DNA from: Eutreptiella sp. 'Long Island Sound 2002'
Taxonomy: Eukaryota > Protista > Euglenida
DNA: 64,000 nucleotides
Reading direction: 5' to 3'
NCBI GenBank assembly: GCA_964036045.1
Contig: OZ038378.1
Span: 125,798,001-125,862,000 of the forward strand
In this document: piece by piece, positions 13,693-26,400 of the stretch
How the letters are laid out: each line of letters begins with the position of its first letter
How positions within the stretch are numbered: position 1 is the first letter of the stretch
Notes under the pieces: generated by a model
Told to the model about the DNA's origin: nothing
Database searches by the model: none
The model's input: only the letters and a program-made list of their open reading frames with translations
Position numbers and translations under genes: made by a program

Positions 13693-13919
13693 GTATGTGC
13701 GCGCGTGTCCGTGTGTGTGTGTGTGTGTTTCTTTGCCTATGAATTGCATTTGTTGTCGGTTGTGTTCGTTTAAATTTTAACCGGGGCGTCGCTTTTTTTT
13801 GTTTAATGTTAACACCGGCGGTGGTAAAACATTTAAAATTTAAGCCAAAAACGGAGTGTTAAAAATGAAACAAAAACCTTTAAACCCAGGTTAATTTTTC
13901 CATATGTTTTCGTTTTCAG
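13693..13919 (+). other. Probable GT-AG spliceosomal intron
   Basis: GTG|GTATGT donor, internal (GT)n, TTTTCGTTTTCAG acceptor; phase 0 joins ...KMTKKV to MEPVEDRM... Confidence 0.55.
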
Positions 13920-15005
13920 ATGGAACCTGTGGAGGACCGTATGCAGAAGGCTGGAGCGGCGCCTGGCAGAGCAGTTCCAGCTCCTGCGGCATCAGCTCCA
14001 GCTCCACAAGCTGCTGCAGCCAGCGATCCCCCCACCCGGAGGGGGAGGGGGGGGCGGCGCCCTCCGTCCCCGCCTCCTTTGAAAATTGACGCCGAATCAA
14101 GGAGGAGCGGCGGCGCCACAAAGAGGAGCGGCGCAGGGAGAGGGAGGACAGGTGGGCAAGGGAGGAGAGGAGGGCCAGCCTGGGGCAGGGGTTGAGGATA
14201 AGGCAGAGCAGGGGGACGTGGTGCTGCCAAAGGGTGGGGACGGGGAGGGGGATGGGGATGGGGATGGGGGTGAGGTCCAGGAATAAACCCCCCCAAACAC
14301 CTGCTTTACCCCTTCCTGAGTGGCTGCAAAAGTCCCGCGGGAAAGACTCAGCGGTCTGCTGCGAGGCGGCCGCTGCCCCCCGGTTTGCCGTAGTCTTTGA
14401 ATAGGGATGTGGGCCAGACGAACGAATTTTTTTTGACTCCAGTAAGGGTCACTACACCTTGCGCTGGGTCATGCGCCGACTTTTCCGGTGCCTAATGAAG
14501 AAAAATGGGGAGGGTAAGCAGGAGTGGCGGAAAGATGCAGCAAAAAGGGGCGCTTGGCACTGGGAGCGAGTGCTGGGTGGTCCCCTTTGCCACCTGGGGG
14601 AGTAAGTCAGCTCGGCGGCGTTCGGGGCCCTCAACTTGTTGAGCGGACCCAGGGGTAAGGTTTGGCACCAACCACTACCTGATGTGCCTACATCACCGGG
14701 TAGCCCTTGGCTGGTGCCAACAATGGCGCTAGGGCAAATCGGTGCAAATTTTGTCCCGTCTGGTCTGCGTGCTCGCCCTGCCCACCCCCCCCTACAATCC
14801 CGGCGCCCATCACACCTACGAGGGGTTGGTGCCTGGGTCACGGACAACCCGCGGGTTGGCCGCCGTCAATCGGACAGCACCCCCGGTGGCCGCCATCGCC
14901 GCCAACGCCTCCGTCGCTAACCCCGTAGAGGCTCCAAGGGCGGCTTCCAACTTGTGGCAGGCGATAGGGGTCTTGCATCCCCTGGAGTGTGCACAATTTT
15001 AGAAG

Positions 15006-15201
15006 GTGTGTGTGTATGTCCGTGTGCTTGCGTGCGTGTAACTTTTCAGACGCTTTGTTTAAAACTTTTGGTTTAATATTCAAATTTTCGATCGGCGCTG
15101 CAAAAATCAAAAATCTACGTTCAAAAGGCAAAGATTGAAAAAAGTTGTCCGAAAAATTTAGTTTCTGCCCCGGACCACGGCCTTCGCCTCTTTTGTTGCA
15201 G
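15006..15201 (+). other. GT-AG intron conserved between copies A and B
   Basis: AGAAG|GTGTGT...TTTTGTTGCAG|GTCAAGG here; the same junctions occur in copy B (39348 to 39142, minus strand). Confidence 0.7.
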
Positions 15202-15815
15202 GTCAAGGAGCTAGTGGTCTGCAAGGACAATGTTCGCCCCGTACGTGTCGTTTGGAGCCACAAGGACGGGGAGAAGAGCGTGGGGTTGGGGGGTTTGCAC
15301 AAGCTCCTCGCCCAAGACCCCGCGCTTGGGTTGGCCGTGCTCCGCGGCGTGAAGGAGTGAAAGCACAGCCGCCGGTGCTCGGAGCTGTGGGGCCCATCGA
15401 GGCCCTACAAGCCTAGTCAATGGGCACACTTTGGGGGAGGTGGGGTGGTTGGGGTGTGAGATGGAGGGCTTTGGCGGGCGATGGGAGGTGGGGAGGCAAA
15501 GGAGGTGAAGGAGGAAAGGGAGGGGGCAAGCACCACCACCACCCCAAAACCCCCCCACTCCAAGCCTAAGCCCCCGCCCCAAGAAAGGGAAGGGGGCCAA
15601 AGTCCCGACCGCAAAGAAGGGGAAGCGGTTCGCGTCGCACTCGGACGACAAGGCTGACAACTCCGCCTCTTCCTCTTTGTCCTCCTCCGGCGAGGACACC
15701 CCCCCCGGATTAAGAAAGCCCCGAGGCAAAGACAAAGGCCCCCCCCCGCCCCAAAAGTGAAGGGGCGGGAGAAGAAGGCGGAGGGGGGTGGGAAAGATGC
15801 GGGGGGGGAGGGGGG

Positions 15816-18800
15816 TTGCATTGGGTTGGGTTGGACTCTCCCGACTTGAAAAACGCGACGGACCCGTCAACGGAAAAGGTTGGGCCCCCCGGGAGCGGCG
15901 CAATCATGGGAGTAGTCTGAGCACACTCCGCCACCAGAAAGAGGACGACCGCACAACACATCTGCCTGCTGCACTTGGCGCATACTGCGTGCATCGCTCC
16001 TTGGTCAGCCACTGCTGGCGTGGGGCAGCCCCACCGAGCCCTGAGTGCGGCGCCCACACGGTTGGGCCGCCGCTCTCGACGCTCGCGGGATCACTCCGAC
16101 GCTGCCGGGCCCGAACCCCCGGGAGGGGCCTCGGGGTCTCCTCTGGCGCGGACCACTGTGGAGCTGCCGGGCAGCACTGCTCATAGGGCTGTTAGCGCCG
16201 CCGCCAGCCCGTGCGGCACTGTGCCTTCTAGCGCAGACATCCACAATCGGTCTCCAACTCGAACATGCACATGTTCTGGCTGGGATTCGGCCCGCGCCAG
16301 GCTCCAGTGGTGTACAGCGGCACCTTCCCAGGCAGGCGCCTGACCACCACCAATGACGACAAGCACTGAACATATCTGCCCGTCTGAACCCAGAGGGAAC
16401 TCTGGCTCCGCCACGGCCGCCACGCCCACACCTGGGGACTCCGCCACTGCTGTGACAGCGGTCATACATTTGCAACAATGCAGACAAGCACGCGGCGTGT
16501 TGCCACAACAGCCCATGCGTCCACCCGCTCACCGGACCATTGGATCCAGACGGGAACACATCCCAAGCTGCTGACCAGGCATATGTGGGCAGTGCCTCCA
16601 GGTAGACGCTGGCCAGGCTGCCTCGACGAGCCGCTGTAAGCCCGCGTGAGGCTTCCGCGCATGTGCCCATGAGCATCCCCGACCACGTGAGGTATACTGT
16701 GTGGGGGCGCGCTGGTGGCCACGTCACTGTCACCTGATGATCGGCTCGCAGGACCAGGTGCACGCTGTCACCACCGGGAAGGCCCAGGCGTACCCACGCA
16801 GTGGTCATCCACTCTGGCACTGTTGCAACGGGCGCAGCCGCGAGTATCAGCGCATGAAAGCCAGCTTGTACGGCCAGAGCCACTTTGCCACATGCTGCCA
16901 GTAGGTGCGGGCCCCATCCGGCACACGGCAGCTCGCAGAACGGGCAATTGAAGACGTTGTGTGGGGCTTTCGCCGTCGTCCGGGCTGCCTGAAGCCACGT
17001 GGCAACGTTGAGGGCGTCCTTGGATAAACGGGCCTTCTGAACCACTCGCTCCCACGATGTCCCAGCCGCTGGGTCGCGGCGCAAGAGGGCATCGAAGTGC
17101 GGCATCGCTGGAGCTAACTGCTCGTACCGGCGCTCCATGGCCACAGAGTGACGCAGATACGGCACGCCCCCCGTCTTGAGTACCGCCACGCCTCCGACGT
17201 CCGCTGCGAACGGCATGGGGCCCTGTTCCACGTCCGACATCCGCGACGTCGCCAGACTGTGCGCCCTGTGCTAAGGGCTGGCTAGCCCCGGCGCGGGGCT
17301 AGGGGCACCGCTCGCGAAGTCCTGCTCAGCTGGCATGTACACTTCGTCTGCTTGCCAGAGGTGCAGTCCGGCATTGTACTGGACCCGCAGGTTATCGACA
17401 TACGCGTCCGACACGGCGTGATCCTCCCCTTCTGTGGTGACGTGGGTGTTGTCCGCCAGAGCCAGCACTCGCGTGGTCAGAGGAAAGTGCATCTCACGGA
17501 GTACAGCGAGACCCAGGTATCGACCGAACCATTCCGCTGCCCATGGGTACGGGTCCTCTACTGCCACTGCAGACCAAGCATCCGCAAACACACCGCGGGC
17601 ATCTGCAAGGGCTGCTGCATACGCCAGCGATCGCTGGCCACATGCCCCATCAGAGGCCACCACGACATGACGGCCTTCCGGGGCCCAGTGCCGGCACACA
17701 TGCATGGCTGCCGGCGGCACGTGTGCCGCCGGTAGCAGGACCAGCTGTAGCTGCCACGCCTCGAGGAGTGCGTGCAACACGTGGGCGTCGGAGTATGCTT
17801 GCGGGACCCACAACTTATGGCGCAACTCATGTGGCAGAAGGTGAGCGACATACCTACTGCGGCTGTTGAGGGCGGCCAATAAGGTGTGAACAAACCGGAC
17901 CGCGTGACGGTCCTGCAGCCGGGGCGCATGCAGGCCCAGCATATGTAGCGGTCGATAGAGCAGGGTTCTGGGGAAGCTGCGGGGCAGCCCCAGAGCACGC
18001 CTGTGGATGCCATCCGATAGCCGCTGGCATGCCTCCAGATTGAGACCCACCGCTGGGACAACGTCCAGGACGAAATCCGCCTTGGTCGGCGCGAAGGTGG
18101 TCACCACTCGCAGAGCTAAGGCATACACTGGCTCCGTCCGCGGCACTGCCCAGTGCAGGTGGCGCAGTGCCGCCTCGTATTTGACCAGTACTGCTCTGGG
18201 TGGTTCACCCATGACGACGGGAATCTTCACCATGGCGAGGTCGGCTGAGTCCGTCTTTATGACGGCGAGGACGGTCGACGGTTGGCTCGAGGCGCAGCCC
18301 AGGGCGCCCCCTTTGTCCACCACGAGGTACCCCTTCAACTTGGACCGGTTGATAGCCCCACCTCCGGCCAGACATGTTTTCTGGCTGACCCGCAGTACGT
18401 GGGCTGCTCCTGCGTCAGTGTATGCGAAGATGCGCCTGTCGTCACTGGATGAGACCTCCGGGACGTACTCGGCTGCACACGCCGGGTGCACAGGACACCG
18501 GTCGGCTGGGTGTGGCCCGCCTGGACCTCCAGTTTCTCGGCGCAGCGCGTTGGCAACAATGGCCGCGTTCACTCTGGATGGCACGAAGCCCAGTTCTTTG
18601 AACCCTCCGACTGCCATGCTGTCACCCTGGGCCCCACCGTGGAGCATGCGGTAGGGGCCCACCAGCCCGGACGGCGACTGCAGGTAGATGCTTAGCTTGC
18701 CGTAGAAGGACTGGTACCACGGGTCCACACGGATGCCGTCAGGGCACACCTGCTGCAGCTAGTCGCGGTGCACGTTACAGAACGTGTTGCTCTCGTCCTA

Positions 18801-19043
18801 GTCGAATACCCACAGACGGCCGGGCTCTCGTATCCATACCGGAATGGCCCAGCGACAGAAGATGGCCACCAGATGGCTGCTAAACTCTTTGCGGTAGGCG
18901 AAGGCTGAGGGCGGGTCGAGTCCCTGCACTGTGAATACCATCTTGAGGCGGTGGAATATCGCCGTGGATTCCTTCCGCCGCACCGGCTCCTCTAGCATGA
19001 CCGGCCGGCTCATGTGCACCAGCCATTGCGGCTCCTTTCTCAA
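15816..19043 (-). mobile_element. 5'-truncated non-LTR retrotransposon (LINE-A) inserted in a poly-G tract
   Basis: Flanked by G-runs (15801-15815, 19044-19055). Copy B is continuous across the equivalent site. The 3' end on the minus strand is ...CCAACCCAACCCAATGCAA. Confidence 0.85.
16005..19043 (-). pseudogene. RT - RNase H - CCHC zinc finger polyprotein (one frame, three TAG interruptions)
   Basis: RT: RPVMLEEPVRRK, HGGAQGDS, VSSSDDRRIF, INRSKLKGY. RNase H: VVASDG, AAEW, LADN. Zinc finger: CPFCELPCAGWGPHLLAAC. TAG at 18798, 18759 and 17271 are all in frame; terminal TGA at 16005. Confidence 0.85.
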
Positions 19044-20025
19044 GGGGGGGGGGGGTGAAGAAGGAGGAGGGGGGGGGACCCCGATCCCCACGTGGGGACC
19101 CCCGCCCATGTCCCGTACGGGGGCGGGGTAGACGTGGGGACCGTCACCGGTGTCCACAACCGCAAGAGCGGGATAATTGGGTGCGATACCAAAACGACCC
19201 CAGGCTCTATGAGGTGGAGCGCCACCTTGTCTTCGGCACGGCCGAAGCCGCGGACACGCACCTCCAAAGGTCCGCAGGGGCAACACGCCCACCACCAAAC
19301 CCCCCCCAACAACGACAACGCCGGCTAACCCCCCTGCCAACCCCAAGGAAAACCTCAACCCAACCAAATTACCCCCACTAACTCACCTAACCCCCCAACC
19401 GGAACCCAAGCTACCCCGGCACTATGGGACCCGGAAACGGGCTACCAGAAGGTGTAACACGCGAGCAATGGCCCGAATGGCCACGGACAAAAGCCGCGAA
19501 GGCTAATGGTTATGTTCTATATGTTGTTGTGCTTCTGTAGGGAGGCTTTACTTTTTGGAAACTTGATTTAAATTTTGTTGGTTTAATTTGTAATCTTGGC
19601 GACACATAATATCTCCAATTTGCAAACTTAAACTAAAAATTAGTCTCTAATTTGAAAGCCGAGAGCCATTTTACTATTTACACATCAACACGGATGGATC
19701 CCAGGGCTGTGTATAAAGTCTGATGTCTGATGTCTGATAAGGGATGTTGTGTGTGCGGTCTGTCCAAAAAGATGTCTGATACTCTTGTCTATTGGAGGTG
19801 GGTCTAGGGGTCTAATGCCTAGAGGAACTTGGAATAAACTATGCCTAAATCAAATCTGCCCCCCCCCCCAAATTAAAAAAACAAACAGGGAGGACACAAT
19901 TGAAAAATCATTGGGGAACCACCTTGGACAATCAGAAACATGGGAGTAAAAAAGTAAAAAAGACTTTGAACACCAAAATGGGAAAATGGAGAAAATGTGT
20001 GAGCAGGGAAAGTGGCAAAAATAAA

Positions 20026-23000
20026 AGGTGCCGATAGGTCCCCATAGGCCCCCACAGGCCCCCAAAGGTGCCCATGGGTCCCCAAAGGTGCCAATAGGCC
20101 CCCATAGGCCCCCATAGGTCCCCAAAGGTGCCCATAGGTCCCCAAAGGTGCCCATAGGTCCCCAAAGGTGCCCATAGGTCCCCATGGGCCCCCATAGGCC
20201 CCCACAAGCCCCCATAGGTCCCATAGAATCCCAGGGCTCCCCAGAGGTGCCAGTAGGTGCTCATACATCCCCAAAGGTGCCAATAGGCCCCCATAGGTCC
20301 CCATGGGCCTCCATAGGCCCCCATAGGTCCCCATGGGCCCACATAGGCCCATATAGGCCCCCATAGGTGCCCATAGGCCCCCATAGGTCCCCAAAGGTGC
20401 CCATAGGTGCCCATAGGTCCCCAAAGGTGCCGATAGGCCCCCATAGGTCCCCATAGGCCCCCATAGGCCCCCAAAGGTCCCCATAGGCCCCCATAGGCCC
20501 CCGTAGGTCCCCATAGGCCCCCATAGGTCCCAAAAGGTGCCCAAAGGTGCCCATAGGTCCCCATAGGTCCCCAAAGGTCCGCATAGGCCCCGATAGGTCC
20601 CCAAAGGTGCCCATAGGTCCCCATAGGTCCCCAAAGGCCCCCATAGGCCCCCACAAGCCCCCATAGGTCCCATACATTCCCGGGGGTCCCCAAAGGTGCC
20701 CATAGGTGCCCATAGGTCCCCAAAGGTGCCAATAGGCCCCCATAGGTCCCCATAGACCCCCATAGGTCCCCAAAGGTGCCCATAGGTCCCCAAAGGTGCC
20801 AATGGGCCCCCGTAGGCCCCCATAGGGCCCCATAGGCCCCCATAGGCCCCCATAGGCCGCCGTAGGTGCACATAGGTCCCCATAGGCCCCCATAGGCCCC
20901 CATAGGTCCCCAAAGGCCCCCATAGGACACCATAGGCCACCATAGGTCCCCAAAGGTGCCTATAGGTCCCCAAAGGCGCCACTGGGCCCCCATTGGGCCC
21001 CATAGGCCCCCATAGGCCCCCATAGGCCCCCATACGTCCCCAAAGCCCCCATAGGCCCCCATAGGCCCCCATAGGCCCCCATACGTCCCCAAAGCCCCCA
21101 CAGGCCCCCAAAGGTGCCCATAGGTCCCCAAAGGTGCCAATAGGCCCCCGTAGGCCCCCATAGGCCCCCTAAGGTCCCCAAAGGTGCCCATAGGTCCCCA
21201 AAGGTGCCCATAGGTCCCCATAGGTCCCCACAGGCCCCCATAGGCCCCCACAAGCCCCCATAGGTCCCATAGATTCCCAGGGGTCCCCAAAGGTGCCGAT
21301 AGGTGCTCATAGATGCCCAAAGGTGCCAATAGGCCCCCATAGGTCCCCATGCGCCTCCATGGGGCCCCATAGGTCCCCATAGGCCCCCATAGGCCCCCAT
21401 CGGCCCCCATAGGCCCCCATAGGTGCCCATAGGCCCCCATAGGCCCCCATAGGTCCACATAGGGCACCATAGGTCCCCAAAGGTGCCCACGAGTGCCCAT
21501 AGGTCCCCAAAGGTGCCAATAGGCCCCCACAGGTCCCCATAGGCCCCCATAGGCCCCCATAGGTCCCCATAGGCCCCCATAGGTCCCCAAAGGTGCCCAA
21601 AGGTGCCCATAGGTCCCCATAAGTCCCCAAAGGTCCGCATAGGCCCCGATAGGTCCCCAAAGGTGCCCACAGGTCCCCATAGGTCCCCAAAGGCCCCCAT
21701 AAGCCCCCACAAGCCCCCATAGGTCCCATAGATGCCCGGGGGTCCCCAAAGGTGCCCATAGGTGCCCATAGGTCCCCAAAGGTGCCAATAGGCCCCATAG
21801 GTCCCCATAGGCCCCCATAGACTCCCATAGGCCCCCATAGGCCCCCAAAGGTCCCCATAGGCCCCCATAGGTCCCCATAGGTGCCAATAGGCCCCCAATG
21901 GTGCCCTAAGGTCCCCAAAAGTGCCCATAGGCCCCCATAGGTCCCCAAAGATCCCCATAGGTTCCCAGAGGTCCCCATAGGCCCCCATAGGTCCCAAGAG
22001 GTGCCCATAGGTCCCCAAAGGCGCCAATGGGCCCCCGTAGGCCCCCATAGGTCCCCATAGGCCCCCATAGACCCTCATAGGTCCCCAAAGGTCCCAATAG
22101 GCGCCCATGGGCCCCGATCGGCCCCCATAGGCCCCCATAGGCCCCCATAGGCCCCCATGGGTTCCCATAGGCCCCCATAGGTCCCCATAGGCCCCCATAG
22201 GCCCCCATGGGTCCCCATAGGCCCCCATAGGTCCCCAAAGGTGCCCATAGGTCCCCAAAGGTGCCAATGGGCCCCCGTAGGCCCCCATAGGGCCGCATAG
22301 GCCCCCACAGGTCCCCATAGGGCCCCATAGGCCCCCAAAGGTGCACAGAGGTCCCCATAGGCCCCCATAGGCCTCCATAGGTCCCCAAAGGCCCCCATAG
22401 GACACCATAGGCCCCCATAGGTCCCCAAAGGTGCCTATAGGTCCCCAAAGGTGCCACTGGGGCCCCATGGGGGCCCATAGGCCCCCATAGGCCCCAATGG
22501 GCCCCCATAGGCCCCCATACGTCCGCAAAGCCCCCATAGGCCCCCATAGGTCCCCATAGGCCCCTATAGGCGCCCATAGGTCCCCAAAGGCCCCCATAGG
22601 TCCCCAAAGGTGCCCAAAGGTGTCCATAGGCCCCCATAGGTCCCCATAGGCCCCCATAGGTCCCCATAGGCCCCCATAGGTCCCCAAAGGTGCCCATACG
22701 TCCCCAAAGGTGCCAATGGGCCCCCATAGGCCCCCATAGACCCCCATAGGCCCCCATAGGTCCCCATAGGCCCCCGTAGGCCGCCATAGGTGCACATAGG
22801 TCCCCATAGGCCCCCATAGGTCCCCATAGGTCCCCAAAGGCCCCCATGGGACACCATAGGCCCCCATAGGTCTCCGAAGGTGCCTATAGGTCCCCAAAGG
22901 TGCCACCGGGCCCCCGTAGGCCCCCATAGGGCCCCATAGGCCCCCATAGGGCCCCATAGGGCCCCATAGGCCCCCATAGGCCCCCGAAAGTGCACATAGG

Positions 23001-23415
23001 TCCCCACAGGCCCCCAGAGGCCCCCATAGGTCCCCAAAGGCCCCCATAGGTCCCCATAGGTCCCCAAAGGTGCCCATAGGTCCCCAACTGTGCCAATGGG
23101 CCCCCGTAGGCCACCCTCGGCCCCCATAGGCCCCCATAGGCCCCCATAGGCCCCTATAGGCCCCCATAGGTCCCCACAAGCCCCCAAAGGTCCCCAAAGG
23201 CCCCCATAGGTCCCCAAAGGTGCCCAGAGTTCCCCAAAGGAGCCCATGGGCCCCCATAGGTCCCCATAGGCCCCCATAGTTCCCCAAAGGTGCGCAAGGG
23301 TCCCCAAAAGTGCCCAAAGGTCCCCAAAGGTGCCAATCGGCCCCCGCAGGCCCCCATAGGTCCCCATAGGTACCCAAAGGTACCAATGGGCCCCCAAAGG
23401 TGCCCATAGGTCCCC
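20026..23415. repeat. 10-bp satellite GG(T/C)CCCCA(T/A)A / GGTGCCCATA
   Basis: Continuous 10-mer array, C-rich on the + strand; diagnostic variant blocks recur about 1.05 kb apart (about 20200 and 21250; about 20650 and 21710). Confidence 0.97.
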
Positions 23416-23439
23416 GTGTATTATTTAGGGGGTGTAGGC

Positions 23440-26400
23440 CATGCGTCAATTATTTTGGGGGGTCTAGACCCCCCAAACAATTGCGCATGCCCATGCGTCC
23501 AGTCCTAGGGGGGTCTAGACTCCCAAAAGAACTGACGCATGCCCACGAGTCAATTATTTGACGCATGCCCGTGCGTCGATTCCTAAGGGGGTCTAGACCC
23601 CCAAAATAATTGACGCATGCCCATGCGTCAATTCCTAGGGGGGTCTAGACCCCTCTAATAATTGACGCAAGCCCATGCGTCAATTATTTGAGGGGTCTAG
23701 ACCCCGAAAATAATTGACGCATGCCCATGCGTCAATTATTTGGGGGGTGTAGACCCCTTGGATAATTGACGCATGCCCATGCGTCAATTATTTCGGGGGA
23801 CTACACCCCTCAAATAATTGACGCATGGGCATGCGCAAATTTTTTGGGGGGTCTAGACCCGCCTAGGAAGTGACGCATGGGTGTGCGTCAATCATTTTGC
23901 GGGTCTATACCCCCCAAATAATTGACGCATGGGCATGCGTCCCTTATTTTGGGGGTCTAGACCCCTCAAATAATGGACGCATGGGCTTGCGTCATATATT
24001 TTTGGGGTCCAGACCCCCAAACAGTTGACGCATGCCCATGCGTCAATTGTTTGGGGGGTCAAGACCCCCAAAATAATTGATGCATGCCCATGCGTTAGTT
24101 ATTTGAGGGGTCTAGACCCCCAAAATGATCGACGCACGCCCATGCGTCAATTATTTGACCCATGCCCATGCGTCAATTCCTAGAGGGGTCTAGACCCCCA
24201 AAATAACTGACGCATGCCCATGCGTCAATTATTTGACGCATGTCCATGCGTCAATTATCTTAGGGGTGTAGACCCCCAAAATAATTGACGCATACCCATG
24301 CGTCAATTATTTGACGCATGCCCATGCGTCAATTCCTAGGGGGGCCTAGACCCCGAAAATAATTGACGCATGTCCATGCGTCAATTATTTGACGCATGCC
24401 CATGCGTCTATTCCTAGGGGGCCTAGACCCCCAAAATAATTGACGCACGCCCATGCGTCAATTATTTGACGCATGCCCATGCGTCAATTCCTAGGGGGGT
24501 CTAGGCCCGGAAGATTATTGACGCAACCCTATGCGTCAATTATTTGGGGGGTGTAGACCCCCAAAATAATTGACGCATGCCCATGCGTCAATTATTTGAG
24601 GGGTCTAGACCCCCAAAAGAATTCACGCATGCCCATGCGTCAATTATTTGACGCATGCCGATGCATCAATCATCTGGGGGGTGTAGACCCCCAACATAAT
24701 TGACGCATGCCCATGCGTCAATTATTTGACGCATGCCCGTGCGTCAATTCCTAGGGGGGTCTAGACCCCCAAAATAATTGACGCCACCCTATGCGTCAAT
24801 TATTTGAGGGGTCTAGACCCCCAAAAAAATTGACACATGCCCATGCGTCAATTCCTAGGGGGTCTAGACCCCCGAAATAATTGACGGAACCCTATGCGTC
24901 AATTATTTGAGGGGTGTAGACCCCCCAAATAATTGACGCATGCCCATGCGTCAATTGTTTGGGGGGTGTAGACCCCCAAAGTATTTGACGCATGCCCATG
25001 CGTCAATTATTTGAGGGGTCTAGACCCCCGAAATATTTCACGCATGCCCATGTGTCAATTATTTGACGCATGCCCATGCATCAATTCCTAGGGGGGTCTA
25101 GACCCCCAAAATAATTGAACCATGCCCATGCGTCAATTATTTTTGGGGTCCAGACCCCCAAATAGTTGACGCATGCCCATGCGTCAATTATTTGGGGGGT
25201 CAAGAGCCCCGAAATGATTGATGCATGCCCATGCGTCAGTTATTTGGGGGGTCTAGACGCCCAAAACAATTGACGCATTCCCATGCGTCAATTATTTGAC
25301 CCATGCCCATGCGTCAATTTCTAGGGGGGTCTAGACCCCGAAAATAACTGACGCATGCCCATGCGTCAATTATTTCACGCATGTCCATGCGTCAATTATC
25401 TGAGGGGTGCAGACCCCCAAAATAATTGACGCATACCCATGCGTCAATTATTTGACGCATGCCCATGCGTCAATTCCTAGGGGGGTCTAGATCCCGAAAA
25501 AAATTGACGCATGCCCCTGCGTCAATTATTTGACGCATGCCCATGCGTCTATTCCTAGGGGGCATGGACCCCTGAAATAATTGACGCATGCCCATGCGTC
25601 AATTCCTAGGGGGGTCTAGGCCCCGAAAATGATGGACGCAACCCTATGCGTCAATTATTTGGGGGTTGTAGACCCCCAGAATAATTGACGCATGCCCATG
25701 CGTCAATTATTTGTGGGGTGTTGACCCCCAAAATTATTCACGCATGCCCATGCGTCTATTCCTAGGGGGCCTAGACCCCCAAAGTGATTGACACACGCCC
25801 ATGCGTCAATTATTTGACGCATGCCATGCGTCAACTCCTAGGGGGGTCTAGGCCCCGAAAATTATTGACGCAACCCTATGCGTCAATTATTTGGGGGTTG
25901 TAGACCCCGAGAATAATTGACGCATGCCCATGCGTCAATTATTTGAGGGGTGTAGACCCCCAAAATTATTCACGCATGCCCGTGCGTCAATTATTTGACG
26001 CATTCCCATGCGTCAATTATCTGGGGGGTTGTAGACCCCCAACATAATTGACACATGCCCATGCGTCAATTATTTGACGCATGCCCGTGCGTCAAATCCT
26101 GGGGGGGTCTAGACCCCCAAAATAATTGACGCAACCCTATGCGTCAATTATTTGGGGGGTGTAGACCCCCAAAATAATTGACGCATGCCCATGCGTCAAA
26201 TATTTGGGGGGTGTAGACCCCCAAAATAATTGACGCATGCCCATGCGTCAATTATTTGAGGGGTCTAGACCCCCAAAATAATTGAGGCACGCCCATGCGT
26301 CAATTATTTGACGCATGGCCGTGCGTCAATTCCCAGGGGGGTTCGGACCCCCAAAATAATTGACGCAACCCTATGCGTCAATTATTTGGGGGGTGTAGAC

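Larger units (their letters stand above)
14742..19381 (+). pseudogene. Accessory gene of copy A (Lys/Pro/Ser-rich linker, C-terminal Tudor/SH3-like segment), interrupted by LINE-A
   Basis: Exons match copy B: VVWSHKDGEKSVGLGGLHKLLAQDP and, after the LINE, WVRYQNDPRLYEVERHLVFG. Confidence 0.55.

Noticed and set aside
19850-23449. Long ORFs (up to 829 aa) of GPMGAYGGLW repeats
   Set aside because: They are the translation of a stop-poor 10-bp satellite, appear in all three minus frames and switch frame with repeat indels.
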